This document shows positions 29,477-40,788 of a stretch of 64,000 bases of DNA, in pieces. Within the stretch, counting starts at the first letter, position 1, and each line of letters starts with the position of its first letter. Below the pieces are notes generated by a model. It was not told the origin of the DNA and did not search any database. It worked only from the letters and a program-made list of their open reading frames with translations. A program made the translations under genes and the position numbers. Origin of the DNA: an uncultured Acidobacteriota bacterium (GTDB lineage: Bacteria; Acidobacteriota; JAQAZP01); contig CAWIIB010000009.1 of NCBI GenBank assembly GCA_963836075.1, positions 960,001 through 1,024,000 on the forward strand, in the 5' to 3' direction.

Positions 29477-32400
29477 TCAGTCGTCGCCCTGCCGGCGGTC
29501 CCGTTCATCACGCTGCCGGGCGGCCTCCTCGAGGGCGTACTCGCAGATCTTCTTGTGGGCGGTGAGCCGGTTCCACAGGCCCTTGCCCACCAGGGAAAGC
29601 CCCAGTGTGCCCACCGCCGCACCGGTGGAGAGCACGGCCTGCAGCGGTTTCACTTCCAGGTGGGGTTCGGCCAGCGTCCCCCCGAGCTTCACGTAGTTGT
29701 CGGTGATGGTGCTGGCGCTGAAGCGGAGCCCCTTGCGCAGTTTGGTCACCCACTGCAGATCGAACTTTTCGGTGGCAAAATCGATCTTGCCCTGACCGGT
29801 CATGCTGATGCTTTCGGTCTGCAGCGCCAGAGGTTCGAGGGTGGCCATGCCGTTGTCGAGATTCATCACGAACACGCCGCAGTCCAGCTTTGTGGAAGGC
29901 TCTTTCTGGCGGACGGGAACGAGGGTGTTCAGGATCTGGAGCACAATGCCGCTGGATGCAAACTCGAACACCGAATTGTCCACCATGCCCTCGCTCACCG
30001 CCACGACGAACAAACCGTCGGCATGGCCGGCAATCTCGTGCAGCGATTGGCCGGCGCCCCGGAACGCGGCATCGATGTCCATCTTTACCCAGTTGTTGGA
30101 ATCCTCGGCCTGGTTCGAGAGGTCGAGACGGCCTCCGTCCATGGTCAGGTCTGCCAGCATGCGGCAGCCTTCTTCCGCCGGTTCCACCGAGAAATGGCCG
30201 CCGAGAACGCCCCCCAGTGGGCCGGTTGCGGATATGGGATCGGCACGCAGCCCGCCATTCTCCATCCGGACCCTGATCCGGACGTCCGAAAGCCGCGTGC
30301 GGGGAAACAGCAACTCTCGGACCGACAGGTGCACATCGGCATCGATCCTGTTCAGCATCGTGATGTCGATGGGCTCGTCGGATAACAGCATTCTTCTTAC
30401 CGTCTCGCCGTCAGCGATCTCGATTGAGCCTGCCGGACCACCCGGTTCTGGACGTTCTTTCCACAGGGGGACAAGATCGACGCTTTCGCAAATGAGTTCG
30501 CCCTCGAGCCGGGGCTTCTCATCGAGGTCGAGCCGGAACCAGCCGCTGATATCGCTCTCGCCCAGACGGGCATCCAGGCCGGAGACGGTGAAGTCCTCGG
30601 GAGATCCAACGCCGTGTCCGGCCACCGCGAACGGTCCGTCGGGCAGGTCGTCCAGCCCGGGCCAGTGGAACAGGTAGGCAACCTGTTGCGGCAGCCCCAG
30701 CCCGGGGCCCGCGGCCTGGAAATCGAGATCTGTCCCCTCCAGGGTGGGCGGTTCGCCCAGGGTCCCGCTCAGGGCGGCCCGGTACTCCCCCAGCCGCAGG
30801 GCGACGTCGTGAAACCTGAAGCCCGTGCCGGGACGCTCCACCCGCCCGCTCAACTGAAACGGCGCCAGCACGAATTCCCCGCCGGTGAGTGCAGTGAACA
30901 GCGTCGCGTCCGGGTCGTTGCCGCGGACCGTGAGGTCCGTCCCCCGGTAATCCGGCAGCGGGCCGACACGACCATCCAGCTGCAGGGAGCCCGAAGCGCC
31001 GAGGCGACCCTCGACCCCGTGCAGCAGGTAGCCGGCCTCGTCGATCTCCGATTCGTCCGGAAACGGAAAACGCTTCCGCCGGCAGCTCCGGAACTCCTTC
31101 CACTCCCGCCGCGGTGAGGGCTTCTCCGGTCTCACGCAGGTTGCGGCCCTGCATCTCGAACCGGACATCGCTGCCCTCCAGCTTCTCGCTCAAGGCCAGC
31201 AGGCCGCTGACGGTAACCCGGTTGGCCGCGGTCGCGATCTCCATGGGATCGAGCCGGCAGCCCGCCTCGTCCACCGCCAGTCTGCCGGCCACCTCGAACG
31301 GCACATCGGGAAGCGGCATCCCGCCGAGGAATGGCTCGAAAACCGACAGGTCTTCTCCCCGGCCGTTCACCTGCAGATTTCGTGCCCCGCAGTGCCGGGG
31401 GCGGGCCGAGGAGCCCGTCGATCCGTGCCGTCACGGTTCCCACCCCTGCATCCACCGCGTCGAGCGCGTATCCGTCATTAGTAACCCGCAACGTCCCCTT
31501 GACCGTGAACGCACCGGGTGGCGCACCGTCCAGGCCGGCCAGGGAAGCGGGATACGAGCTGTCGGGGCCGGCGAATCGCAGCTGGAGTTCGGTTCCCAGA
31601 AGACCGGGGCCGGGGATCACCGTTCCCTCGGCCTCCAGCGACAGGCCGCCGGACTCCGACGCGCACCTCGCTGAGGCGCCAGCCGTTCGGATGGATACCC
31701 ACCGCTCCGGCTCACCCGATACGGCTCGGCAGGGAGACCGTCGATTCCCGCCAGCCATGAGATCCGGGAGAGGTCAGGCCCCTTGATATCGAGTTTCAGA
31801 TCCAGATCCGCGTGCTCCTCCGCCAGGCGGATGTTCCCCTCGATCCCGGCGGAGTTGTCGCCGAGCCGGGCGGTACATCCCTGCAGCGTCAAGCTCTCCC
31901 CGTCCCCGCCAAGGCGGCCGGATACCTCGAAGGCTTCAGCCGGAAGGTCGACACCGGCGAGATCGCTGTAGCGGGAGAGATCCGGGCACTGGATGGAGGC
32001 CTGAAATTCGGTGCCGGCGTAGCCGGGCGCATCACCCACGAAACCGTCGGCCTCGAAGGTGATGCGGCCGACCCGGGCCTCGACATTTTCGGCACGGAAC
32101 CCGTGCTCCGCCCGCAGCAGGCGCCCGCGTACCTCGTACGGTTCGGCGGGGAGCTCCAGCCCGAACAGCGCAGCCAGGGAGGAGGCGTCCGGCCCCTCGC
32201 CCCGGACCGTGAAATCGGAACCCGTCATCCGCGGCGGTTTGCCCAGAGATCCGTCCGCCAGCAGACGGTTCTCGCCGACCTGCAGCGTCAACTCCTTGAA
32301 AATCAACGGGAAATCCTGCCAGGTGAGGCCGCCGCGCACCTCGAAGGGGGCGGGCGGAAGATGTTTCACGCCGGTCAGACGCGCCGGCCGCCCCAAGGTC

Positions 32401-33390
32401 GGGCCCCGAGGCGTCCACCGTGATATCGAGCAAACCGGGCCTCCTCAGCGAGTCGATGAATCCGTGTATCTCGGCAGCGAGGTCCCCCAGATCGGCGACC
32501 AGCGCTATTTTGTTTCCGGAAGGTGAGGGTTTGACGTGCGCCTCGAGCCGGATCGGCCCCTTGCCCAGTGACGGGAGATCAAACGCCCCGGTCAGCGCCG
32601 TTGTGTCGGGTCCGTCCAGCTTCAGATCGATGGTGGTGCCGCCGAGATGAGCATGTTTGGAGAGTTGTCCGGACGTGGTGAAATCCGCTTCGCCCAGGCG
32701 GCCTTCGAAATCGAACTGAACGCACTTGGCGGTGAGCAGGCCCAGCAGCGGCCCGGTCCGTCCTTCGAGCCCCAGGGCCGTCCCGTTCAGGTGGCTGTCC
32801 AGCTGCACATCGAGGGAATCCGTCAGGTCTGAGGAAAATCCGAAGCGGGCAACCGCCCATTGGAACGGGTGCTCCCGGGTGGAAGGGTGGATGATCACCT
32901 CCACGTCATTGAATTCGGCATGATCGATGAGGTAATGCAAGGTTTTGATCGGGCCGACCGTATCCTTCTTGAGAGCTTGGAATGACCAGTTCACCGGATG
33001 GTCGGGCCAGGTCTCCACCAGGACACGGGCTCCCTCGATTTCCAGGTGGCGGATGTGAAAAGGCCCGTGGAGCAGCGACCAGAGATCCACCGAGACCGAG
33101 AGACGCTCGACGGCGGCCATTGCCGGTTCGCTGCCCCGCGGCACGTTGGCCAGCGTGATCTCAGTCGCCTCCAGGGAGGGGGTGAGCGAGAAGGCCGGCT
33201 CGAATGTGCCGTTGATGCGCAGTTCCCGGCCCAGGATATCGCTGACCCGCCGCTCGACAGCCCCGCGGTGTCTGCTCAGGTCGCCGAACTCGAGGTAGAG
33301 CAGGCCGGCAGTCAATACCATCACCGGCAGCGCGGCGAGCAGACCAAGCGCGATCAGGATTTTTGTTCTGCGGCGCATCCAGTTCTCCAT
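29477..33390 (-). CDS. AsmA-family protein, broken by several frameshifts
   Basis: N-terminal TM plus LGRELRING...LANV (AsmA N-terminus) in 32032..33435, internal repeats in 31617..32396, 31132..31758 and 30519..31370, and an AsmA-like C-terminus in 29477..31168. Confidence 0.75.
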
Positions 33391-33611
33391 GGTGGTGCTT
33401 CGGTCAATGGTGCATCTTAGCGTTTCCTTTTCCATCCTGGAAATGGTTTGATCCGCGGTATCCTCGGCTTGAAGGGGCGTATTTCATGCTGTATCCTGAA
33501 ACATGGAAACCAGCGGGGCGCGAACCGACCGGCCTGGAGATCCGTATCAATAGTGTTATCAACGTGAGATGACCGACGCCCGGACTGCGGTGCATCATCA
33601 GGAGGCGGATC

Positions 33612-34248
33612 ATGAACAGGATGTGGCAGGTTCTTGCGGTATTGTTGGTGCTGTTCACCGGGTGTTCGCTGGCCCAGGCCCAGACCGACACGCAATTCGA
33701 GATCACGCCTTTCTACGGCTACCAGTTCGGCGGCGACTTTATCGACCGCTGGAGCGACAACGACACCATCAGGGCGAAGATCGACGAGTCGGCCAACTAT
33801 GGCCTGATGGTGAACATCGGTGTCTTCAAGGGGTTCCAGATCGAGCTGATGTACAGCCGGCAGGACACGGAACTGGTGCCGGACCGGCGCCCGCCGGAAG
33901 ACTGGGTTGATCTCGACATGACCGTGGAGTACTACCACGCCGGCGCACTCTACCAGTGGAAGTTCGACAAGGTCGTTCCTTACGTGGCCGGTTCCCTGGG
34001 CGCCACCCGCTTTGCTCCGGAACAGCTGAGAAGCGACACAAAATTCTCGGTCAGCGGGGGCGGCGGGGTGAAACTGATGTTCAGCCCGCACGTGGGCCTG
34101 CGCTTTGACGGCCGCCTCTACTCCACCTTCATCGAGAGCAACGACGAAGAGTACTACAACGATTACTGGGACGAGGTACTACACCTACCGCGAAAAGACC
34201 TTCCTGCACCAGTGGAATTTCAAAGCGGGCCTGGTGTTCGCTTTCTGA
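33612..34248 (+). CDS. Outer-membrane beta-barrel protein; frameshift near 34180
   Basis: Signal peptide, FEITPFYGYQFGG, GGGVKLMFSPHVGLRFDGR. The natural end FLHQWNFKAGLVFAF-TGA lies in another frame at 34248. Paralog of 40846..41493. Confidence 0.78.
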
Positions 34249-34287
34249 TAATGGCCGCGGTGGCCGGCCCCCCGGCGTTCAGCGCCG

Positions 34288-34470
34288 TCACCACTTGAAG
34301 TGAATGGCCAGGGCCGCGCCGCTCAGCGCCATGTCGTGGATGAACTCGTACTCTCCCTGGTCGAAGTAGAGGTAGCGGTAGGCCAGCAGGACGCCGCCCC
34401 AGTGCCAGTCGTAGCCGATACCGGTCATCCCCTGCCAGGTGAACTTCGAATCCGCTGGTTCCACACTCGT
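34288..34470 (-). pseudogene. 3' remnant of a beta-barrel gene of the 21155..21958 type
   Basis: SKFTWQGMTGIGY...LAYRYL...LSGAALAIHFKW resembles the C-terminus TEYTWSGQAGLGY...AGYRYL...LYGPYLGFKFGF. Confidence 0.55.
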
Positions 34471-34697
34471 CATGATTGACACGGCAAGTGCTCACCTGTG
34501 ATTGCGGCCATTGCCAAGGCCGGGGCGCTGGGGATCATCCGCCTGCCTGACGGAGAGAACGGCGGCAGCAAGTCCTGACCGGGTTTTGCGGCGGCGGGAA
34601 TGGTCCGGTGATCGGGTGGGGTACAACAAAAGCCGGACCGTTTGAACGCTGCGTGGCAGCACTTCAGCCGATCCGGCAAGAACATGCTATCTATTGC

Positions 34698-35255
34698 CTA
34701 GAAGCGATACGCCACACCGGCGCTCAGGCCGAGGCCGTTGAGGCTGAGGTCAAACGTGTCCAGCGTGAGGCCATGCTCCACGTTGCCTTCGATAACGCGA
34801 TACATGACATCGGCCCAGAAGGCCCAGGGCGCACCCGGCTCACCGGACTGGTAGCCCAGGTCCGCGTACCAGCCCCAGGCGTCATCCATCCGGCCGTTGT
34901 TCACGTCGAGAAACGCGTAGGTCAGGCCGGCGCCAAGCCAGAGGTTCCGGTTTTCCATGAAGTGGTAGTTCACACCCACGTCAACCGGCAGCGCCATGAC
35001 GTCGTAACCATGGAACACTTCCGGCACGGAGCTCGTGTCGAAGCCCAGGTCACCCATGTAACTCAGGCGAGCCATGATCCCCCACGGCGATTCACCCATC
35101 AGCCAGTCGGCACTGATGCCGCCGCCCCATGAGCTCTCGGTGTCGGAACCGTCATAGTAGTGAAGGAACAACGCATAGTTGGACTCGGCCGCTGCGGGCA
35201 GGGTCACACAGGCGCACATCAGGGCCGCGACCAGCAGAAAACCAAATTTCTTCAT
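34698..35255 (-). CDS. Small outer-membrane beta-barrel protein (OmpA/OmpW-like)
   Basis: Signal peptide, LPVDVGVNYHF and C-terminal SAGVAYRF. Confidence 0.8.
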   Translation of the reverse strand: MKKFGFLLVAALMCACVTLPAAAESNYALFLHYYDGSDTESSWGGGISADWLMGESPWGIMARLSYMGDLGFDTSSVPEVFHGYDVMALPVDVGVNYHFMENRNLWLGAGLTYAFLDVNNGRMDDAWGWYADLGYQSGEPGAPWAFWADVMYRVIEGNVEHGLTLDTFDLSLNGLGLSAGVAYRF

Positions 35256-35791
35256 CTTCCAATCCTCCTCACTGTTCGTGTCATCGCATCGTCCGGCGGT
35301 GCCGGCACCATTGATCCCGATGCGACAGGTTACCGAAAAGATATACAGACCTCAAAGGCGATGATCACTTCATGGTTATCGTAAATTTCTTCAGTCCCGG
35401 GATATGTCAGATTTACTCTACCTCCTTTCGAGAGACGAACGAATCGTGTCGCCACGGAATTGAAGAGACCGGAATTTTCAAACGAACAGAACCCTGCAAT
35501 AGAATACCCGCATATTCCAAGGTATGTTTCAAACCAGTGTAAATTACCCAAAAGATGTAATTTGCATTGCAGTGAACCGCCCACATCCTACAGAAAAACC
35601 TGAGATATTTCAACGGTGTTACGCTATTTCTTCCGTTTTGTTCCATTCGCCCACTTTCGGGGGCGACCCCGTTTTACCTCCTTAAATACAACTTCCGGGT
35701 AATTTACATCCGTATGTCAAAAATTCAACAATAGAAGAGTCGAGGCGTATTCAGCTCGTTTTCCTGGTCAAAGATCTGAAACACCGGCGAT

Positions 35792-36208
35792 TTGGGGCCG
35801 GATGCCCGAATCGAGATATCCCCTGGTATGGGCGGGATGGGCCGGCCGCTCACACCCCTCTCCGTTGCGGGGGTTGCCCGACGCACCACCAGACGTGTCG
35901 TGGTGGCCGGCAGCACAACGGCAGCATATAACGCGGCAGCGGCGAACAGCGCGGCGGCCGCACAGAGCGCGGCGGCCGCACAGAGCGCGGCGGCCGCACA
36001 GAGCGCGGCGGCCGCACAGAGCGCGGCGGCCGCGGAGAGTGCGGCGGCGGCCAGCGGCGTGCCCGCCGTGGGAACCGTCGTGACCGCGCTTCCCGGGGAC
36101 TGTAAACCCACCACGCTGAATGGCGTCGAGTACTACAACTGCGGGGGCGTTTACTACCGGGCGGCGTTCCAGGGGAACAACCTGGTCTACGTGGTCCAGC
36201 AACCGTAG
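35792..36208 (+). CDS. Ala-rich protein with GRPLTPLSVAGVARRTTRR motif and DUF6515-like C-terminal domain; N-terminus uncertain or lost
   Basis: C-terminal GTVVTALPGDC...YYNCGGVYYR...YVVQQP; no signal peptide is visible in frame. Confidence 0.55.
   Translation: MGPDARIEISPGMGGMGRPLTPLSVAGVARRTTRRVVVAGSTTAAYNAAAANSAAAAQSAAAAQSAAAAQSAAAAQSAAAAESAAAASGVPAVGTVVTALPGDCKPTTLNGVEYYNCGGVYYRAAFQGNNLVYVVQQP
35930..36055 (+). repeat. 18-bp coding tandem repeat (AGCGCGGCGGCCGCACAG), 4 perfect plus ~3 degenerate copies
   Basis: Perfect copies start at 35948, 35966, 35984 and 36002; they encode SAAAAQ. Confidence 0.92.
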
Positions 36209-36463
36209 CACCCTCACCAGGCACGTTGCGGGTGCCTGAAGCAGATCCCCATCGTGCCTGGCCCGTCTTGTTTTCCTCAAAGGCGATGCCGAGTTCCCGG
36301 GCATCGCTTTTTCTGTCACGCATCGCCATTGGTATGGATCCCCGCTGCTCACCTTGCTGCCGGTTGACCCATTTCCACCGGATACGTATTGTTTGTGCAG
36401 GCAATGGATTCGCCAAAAATCTTCAGCCCTTGATCGCCTTTCGAAGGATCGAAGGAGCCGGCC

Positions 36464-38731
36464 ATGAAGACCCGTCTGATGCAACTGTGCCTTACCGTCC
36501 TGGCCCTCTCTTTTGTCGTCTCACCTGCGGTTGTCGCCCAGGCCGTTGACGGGCCGGTGGAAACGGCAACCCGCCCCACCATCGGCCTGGCGCTCAGCGG
36601 CGGCGGAGCCAAGGGGCTGGCCCACATCGGCGTGCTGCGCAAGCTCGAGGAGTGGAACATCCCGGTGGACTACGTGGCCGGCACCAGCATGGGGGCGGTG
36701 ATCGGCGGGCTCTATGCCACCGGCATGACCGCCGACCAGATCGAGGCGGCCGTCCTCGACATCGACTGGACCGATCTGCTGCAGGACGACCCGCAGCGCG
36801 AGTACCGGTCGTTCCGGCGCAAGGAGGAGGACCGGCTCTACATGCTCGACTTCGAGTTCGGGCTGCGCGGCCTGAAGCTGATGGCCCCCCGGGGCTTCCG
36901 CCAGGGGCAGAAACTGACCTACATGCTGCGCAACCTGACCCAGCCGGTGGCCGGGATCACCGACTTTGATGCACTCCCCGTTCCATTCCGGGCGGTGGCC
37001 ACCAACCTGATCAACGGGGACATGGTGGTTCTCGACGAAGGGGACCTGGCCGCGGCCATCCGGGCCAGTATGGCCATCCCCGGGGTGTTCACGCCGGTGG
37101 AAATCGACGACCTGCTGCTGGTGGACGGGGGATCGGTCCGCAATATCCCGGTGGACGTGGTGCGGGCCATGGGCGCCGACATCGTCATCGCCATCGACAT
37201 CAGCGCCCCGCTGGGGGACCGGGAGAAACTGACCTCCTCCCTCGCCGTCACCGGCCAGACCCTCGGTTTTCTCACCCGGCTCAATGTCGAGGCGCAGCTG
37301 CCCCTGGCCGACCTGGTGCTGCGCCCGGCGGTGGCCGGGATCGGGGTGCTCGATTTTTCCGACCCGTCCGGGATCATCACCCTCGGCCTGGACGAGGCCG
37401 AGCTGAAGAAAAGTGACCTGGTGACCATGGCCCTTCCAGCTGAAGAGTACGCCAGGCACCGGGCCGGCCAGTCCGTGCCCCGCTTCGAGATGCCGCTGAT
37501 TACAAACCTGCGGATTACCGGGCTGGAGCGGGTGGACGAGAGGATCGTCCGCCGCCGGATCCGGCTGCAGCCGGGCGACCGCCTGAATTTCGACGCCCTC
37601 TACACCGACCTGGGACGGATTTACGGCCTCGGGGATTTCCAGTCGGTGGACTATTCGCTGATCCCCGGGGAGGACGGCGTGGAGCTGGTGATCCAGGCCA
37701 GGGAGAAGGAGTGGGGCCCCAATTTCGTCACTTTCGGCCTCGACTTCGAGATCGACGAGGACCAGGGAAGCACGTTCAACCTCAAGCTGCTCCACCGGGC
37801 CACCAATCTCAACCGTTATGGCGCCGAATGGCGAAACGTGCTGCGGATCGGCCGGGAAACCAGTATTAACACGGAGTTCTACCAGCCTTTCGACTACTAC
37901 AGCCGCTGGTTCGTTGCCCCCGGCATCTACGTGGGCAATGAACTGGTCAACCGCTACCAGAACGGGAAAAAAGCCGCCGAATACACCCAGCGGCTGCAAT
38001 ACGGAGCTCTCGATTTCGGCTATCAGTTCAGCAACAAAGCCCAGGTCCGCCTGGGGCCGATATTCGGATGGGCCCGGATATCGCGAAACACCGGGGTGGA
38101 CATACCTGTCAAACCGGGTGACCCTGACGGCCACACCGGCACCAGCCAGGGTCTGGTACCGGAATCGCCGACCCTGGGCGCCGTCAACCTGAAAGTCTCG
38201 ATCGATACCGTCGACCGGGTCACCTTCCCCCGGGCGGGCGGTGCGGGAATCCTCAACGCCTACATATCTATGGAAGCCATGGGGGCGGACGACGACTACG
38301 AACGGATCGAGGGCCGCTACAGCCGCTTCTTCAGCCGCGGGCGGCACACCGTGTTCGGCACTTTGGGCGGCGGCACCAGCCTGGGCGGCGGCCTTCCGGC
38401 CTACCACCAGTTCACGCTGGGCGGGATATTCTCTTTTTCCGGGTACGGGCCGGACGAGCTGCGCGGCAACTACTATGCCGTGGGGCGGCTGGGATACTAT
38501 GCCAGCCTGTTCAAGCTGCCCACCACCATGGGCCAGAACCTGTTCTTTGGCGGGTGGGTCGAGAAGGGCAATACCTGGTTCGACTCCAGCGACATCTCGT
38601 GGAGCAACACCAATGACACCATAACCCTTCTCGCCGGGGCCGACACGTTGGTGGGTCCGATCTACTTTGCCTGGGGCAAGGGGACCGGGGGCCGTTCCGC
38701 ATTCTTCATCAGCGTGGGCAGCGGGTTTTAG
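36464..38731 (+). CDS. Patatin-like phospholipase + POTRA + Omp85 barrel (PlpD-like, type Vd)
   Basis: LSGGGAKG, GTSMG nucleophile, DGG, a POTRA-like segment and C-terminal barrel ending ISVGSGF. Confidence 0.88.
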   Translation: MKTRLMQLCLTVLALSFVVSPAVVAQAVDGPVETATRPTIGLALSGGGAKGLAHIGVLRKLEEWNIPVDYVAGTSMGAVIGGLYATGMTADQIEAAVLDIDWTDLLQDDPQREYRSFRRKEEDRLYMLDFEFGLRGLKLMAPRGFRQGQKLTYMLRNLTQPVAGITDFDALPVPFRAVATNLINGDMVVLDEGDLAAAIRASMAIPGVFTPVEIDDLLLVDGGSVRNIPVDVVRAMGADIVIAIDISAPLGDREKLTSSLAVTGQTLGFLTRLNVEAQLPLADLVLRPAVAGIGVLDFSDPSGIITLGLDEAELKKSDLVTMALPAEEYARHRAGQSVPRFEMPLITNLRITGLERVDERIVRRRIRLQPGDRLNFDALYTDLGRIYGLGDFQSVDYSLIPGEDGVELVIQAREKEWGPNFVTFGLDFEIDEDQGSTFNLKLLHRATNLNRYGAEWRNVLRIGRETSINTEFYQPFDYYSRWFVAPGIYVGNELVNRYQNGKKAAEYTQRLQYGALDFGYQFSNKAQVRLGPIFGWARISRNTGVDIPVKPGDPDGHTGTSQGLVPESPTLGAVNLKVSIDTVDRVTFPRAGGAGILNAYISMEAMGADDDYERIEGRYSRFFSRGRHTVFGTLGGGTSLGGGLPAYHQFTLGGIFSFSGYGPDELRGNYYAVGRLGYYASLFKLPTTMGQNLFFGGWVEKGNTWFDSSDISWSNTNDTITLLAGADTLVGPIYFAWGKGTGGRSAFFISVGSGF

Positions 38732-38762
38732 CCCGGACTTCTCTCAGTCCGTCTGCTGCGGG

Positions 38763-39323
38763 CTAGCCCTGGACAGGGAAGTCCCGGAAGAGCCTCTTGA
38801 TCGCCTTGCGAATGTCGGCGGGTTCGAGGTCCGAAGGGTTGCGGAACTTCCTGGAGAATTGCCCCTGCCAGACGCGCTTCAACGTGTCGCGGTCCTCGAC
38901 GTTGAAGATCAGAGTGCCTTTCTTGATCGGATCCTGGTAGGCGACGGGCCCGCCGCCGTCCCCGGTGCTCAGCAGCGGGACTCCGGTGGCCTCTCCGGTG
39001 AGGGTCGGGTCGGTCTGCCGGCCGGCGCGCTCGACGTCGAGGGCCACGTGGAAGGAGACCAGGAGGTCCGCTTCCTCCTTCGTTGCCGCACTCAGGCCCC
39101 GATCGGTCAGTTCGCGGTTCACCGCGGCTGTTATCCGCTCGGCCGCTTCGGGGAAGTCCCGTTCCAGTACACGCTTGTCGTCCGGGTCCACGGCCGGCCA
39201 GGCAAAGGTCTGGTAAGCAGAGAAATCGACGGTCTTGTCATGGTGGACCTTCACCTCGTCGCAGCCCGTGCTGACCAGGGCCAATAGAACGGAGAGCAGC
39301 AGAAGTCCGGCTATTCTCGTCAT
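38763..39323 (-). CDS. DUF4136-domain lipoprotein
   Basis: Lipobox STGC, DFSAYQTFAW, ADLLVSF and GTLIFNVED...VWQG. Confidence 0.82.
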   Translation of the reverse strand: MTRIAGLLLLSVLLALVSTGCDEVKVHHDKTVDFSAYQTFAWPAVDPDDKRVLERDFPEAAERITAAVNRELTDRGLSAATKEEADLLVSFHVALDVERAGRQTDPTLTGEATGVPLLSTGDGGGPVAYQDPIKKGTLIFNVEDRDTLKRVWQGQFSRKFRNPSDLEPADIRKAIKRLFRDFPVQG

Positions 39324-39364
39324 TCGATAGTTCCTCCAACTTGGTTGACAACATCCTCGGAGGG

Positions 39365-39434
39365 GGGACGTACATGAATATATGAATATTTGATTCTCCA
39401 GGAAATCAAATATTCATATATTCATGTACGTCCC
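39365..39434. mobile_element. 70-bp palindromic MITE/REPIN-like element, copy A
   Basis: GGGACGTACATGAATATATGAATATTTGA-N12-TCAAATATTCATATATTCATGTACGTCCC; the perfect symmetry extends to 39359..39440. Ends match the transposase TIRs. Confidence 0.85.
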
Positions 39435-40735
39435 CCCTCCTCCCCCTCCCCGCTCACCAGTTCGGCGATGGTGCGGCCCTGGAGGGAGCCGTGCCCGGCG
39501 GTTTGATAACCGGCCAGCACCAGGTCCGCGGTGCGGTCCAGCTCATCCTCCCGGTCGGCCCATCCGGCAACGTCACTGAACACGGCGCGGATCACCTCGG
39601 AGATGGTGATTTCACTCAGCGATCGCGAAGGGATCCACCCCTCGTTGCGGTTGCCTCCGGCCACCCGGCGCAGCAGGCCTGCGTCGTTCAGTAGGCTCAT
39701 CTGATCCTCCACCATCACCAGCGAGATTGAAAACTGCCCGGCCAGCTCGTCGGCGGAGGGCGGTGTCTCGCCGCGGTGGAAGGCGCTGGCGATGTGCAGG
39801 TAGAGGCGCAGAGTCAGAGACAACCGCCCGGCGATGTCTCTTTCGGCCAGGGCATGATTCCCGGCCAGGGCCGCGCGATACTGGTGGGTGTAGCTCACCT
39901 CGAGGCCGAAGAGGATAATCAGCCAGGTGATGTAAAGCCAGATGAGGAAGATGGGGATCACCGCCAGCGAGCCGTAGATCGCCGAGTAACGCACCGATTG
40001 GCCGATGGAGATGGCGAAGAGATATTTGCCCGCTTCCCACATGATGCCGGTGGTGAGAGCGCCGAAGAGGGCGCTGCGAAACCGCACCCTGGTGTAGGGG
40101 ATGATCTGGTACATCAGCAGGAAGGCGGCGAGGGAGAGGAGGAAGGGAACGAGCCAGGCGTAGACGGTGGAGAAGAACCCGGGGTCGATCCTCGTCCCGT
40201 TGATAATCATCGCCTTGATCTGTGCCGAGATGGAGACGCTGGCCCCGAGCAGGATGGTGCCGAAGACGAGCATCGAAGTGTAGGCAGTGAGCTTGCTGAT
40301 CACGCTGCGGCGGCTCCGCACGTGCCAGATCTCGTTGAAGTTCGATTCGATGTTGTCGAGGAGCAGGATCGCGGTGAAGAGCAGGGCGATGGAGCCCACT
40401 AGACTGAGGGTCCTGGCGTTGTCGGTGAACTGGTTGATATAGGTGACTATATCATCCTGATGGGCTGGGAGGAGGATGGAGAAGATCAGTTCCTGCACCG
40501 TTTCCCGGATTTCCTCGAAGGCGGGGAAGGCGGCGAAGATCGAGAAGAGCACCGCCACCAGCGGGACGATGGCCAGCAGGGTGGAGTAAGCCAGACCGGA
40601 TGCCCTGATCAGCAGTTTGTCCCGGCCGCACTGATCGAACAGCGCAAACAGGAGCCTGAGCAGACGGATGGGGAGATGAGCCCATCGGGGCAGTGACTCA
40701 TCGTCCAGCCGGTTGAGCCGTTCAGTGATAGTCAT
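39422..40735 (-). CDS. YihY/virulence factor BrkB-family inner-membrane protein with C-terminal HTH-like domain
   Basis: RASGLAYSTLLAIVP, IESNFNEIW and YSAIYGSLAVIPIFLIWLYITWLIILFG; the stop codon lies inside element A. Confidence 0.9.
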   Translation of the reverse strand: MTITERLNRLDDESLPRWAHLPIRLLRLLFALFDQCGRDKLLIRASGLAYSTLLAIVPLVAVLFSIFAAFPAFEEIRETVQELIFSILLPAHQDDIVTYINQFTDNARTLSLVGSIALLFTAILLLDNIESNFNEIWHVRSRRSVISKLTAYTSMLVFGTILLGASVSISAQIKAMIINGTRIDPGFFSTVYAWLVPFLLSLAAFLLMYQIIPYTRVRFRSALFGALTTGIMWEAGKYLFAISIGQSVRYSAIYGSLAVIPIFLIWLYITWLIILFGLEVSYTHQYRAALAGNHALAERDIAGRLSLTLRLYLHIASAFHRGETPPSADELAGQFSISLVMVEDQMSLLNDAGLLRRVAGGNRNEGWIPSRSLSEITISEVIRAVFSDVAGWADREDELDRTADLVLAGYQTAGHGSLQGRTIAELVSGEGEEGGRT

Positions 40736-40788
40736 CGCCTGATAATACCAGAGCGAGGGACCGCGTCCAACGGTGATCGGGATGATCG

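Noticed and set aside
35330-35790. AT-rich intergenic stretch as ncRNA, riboswitch or small ORFs
   Set aside because: No recognisable RNA motif or convincing coding signal; consistent with divergent promoter DNA.
35930-36055. Possible CRISPR array
   Set aside because: The 18-bp units are contiguous with no spacers and lie in frame within an ORF; no cas genes are present.
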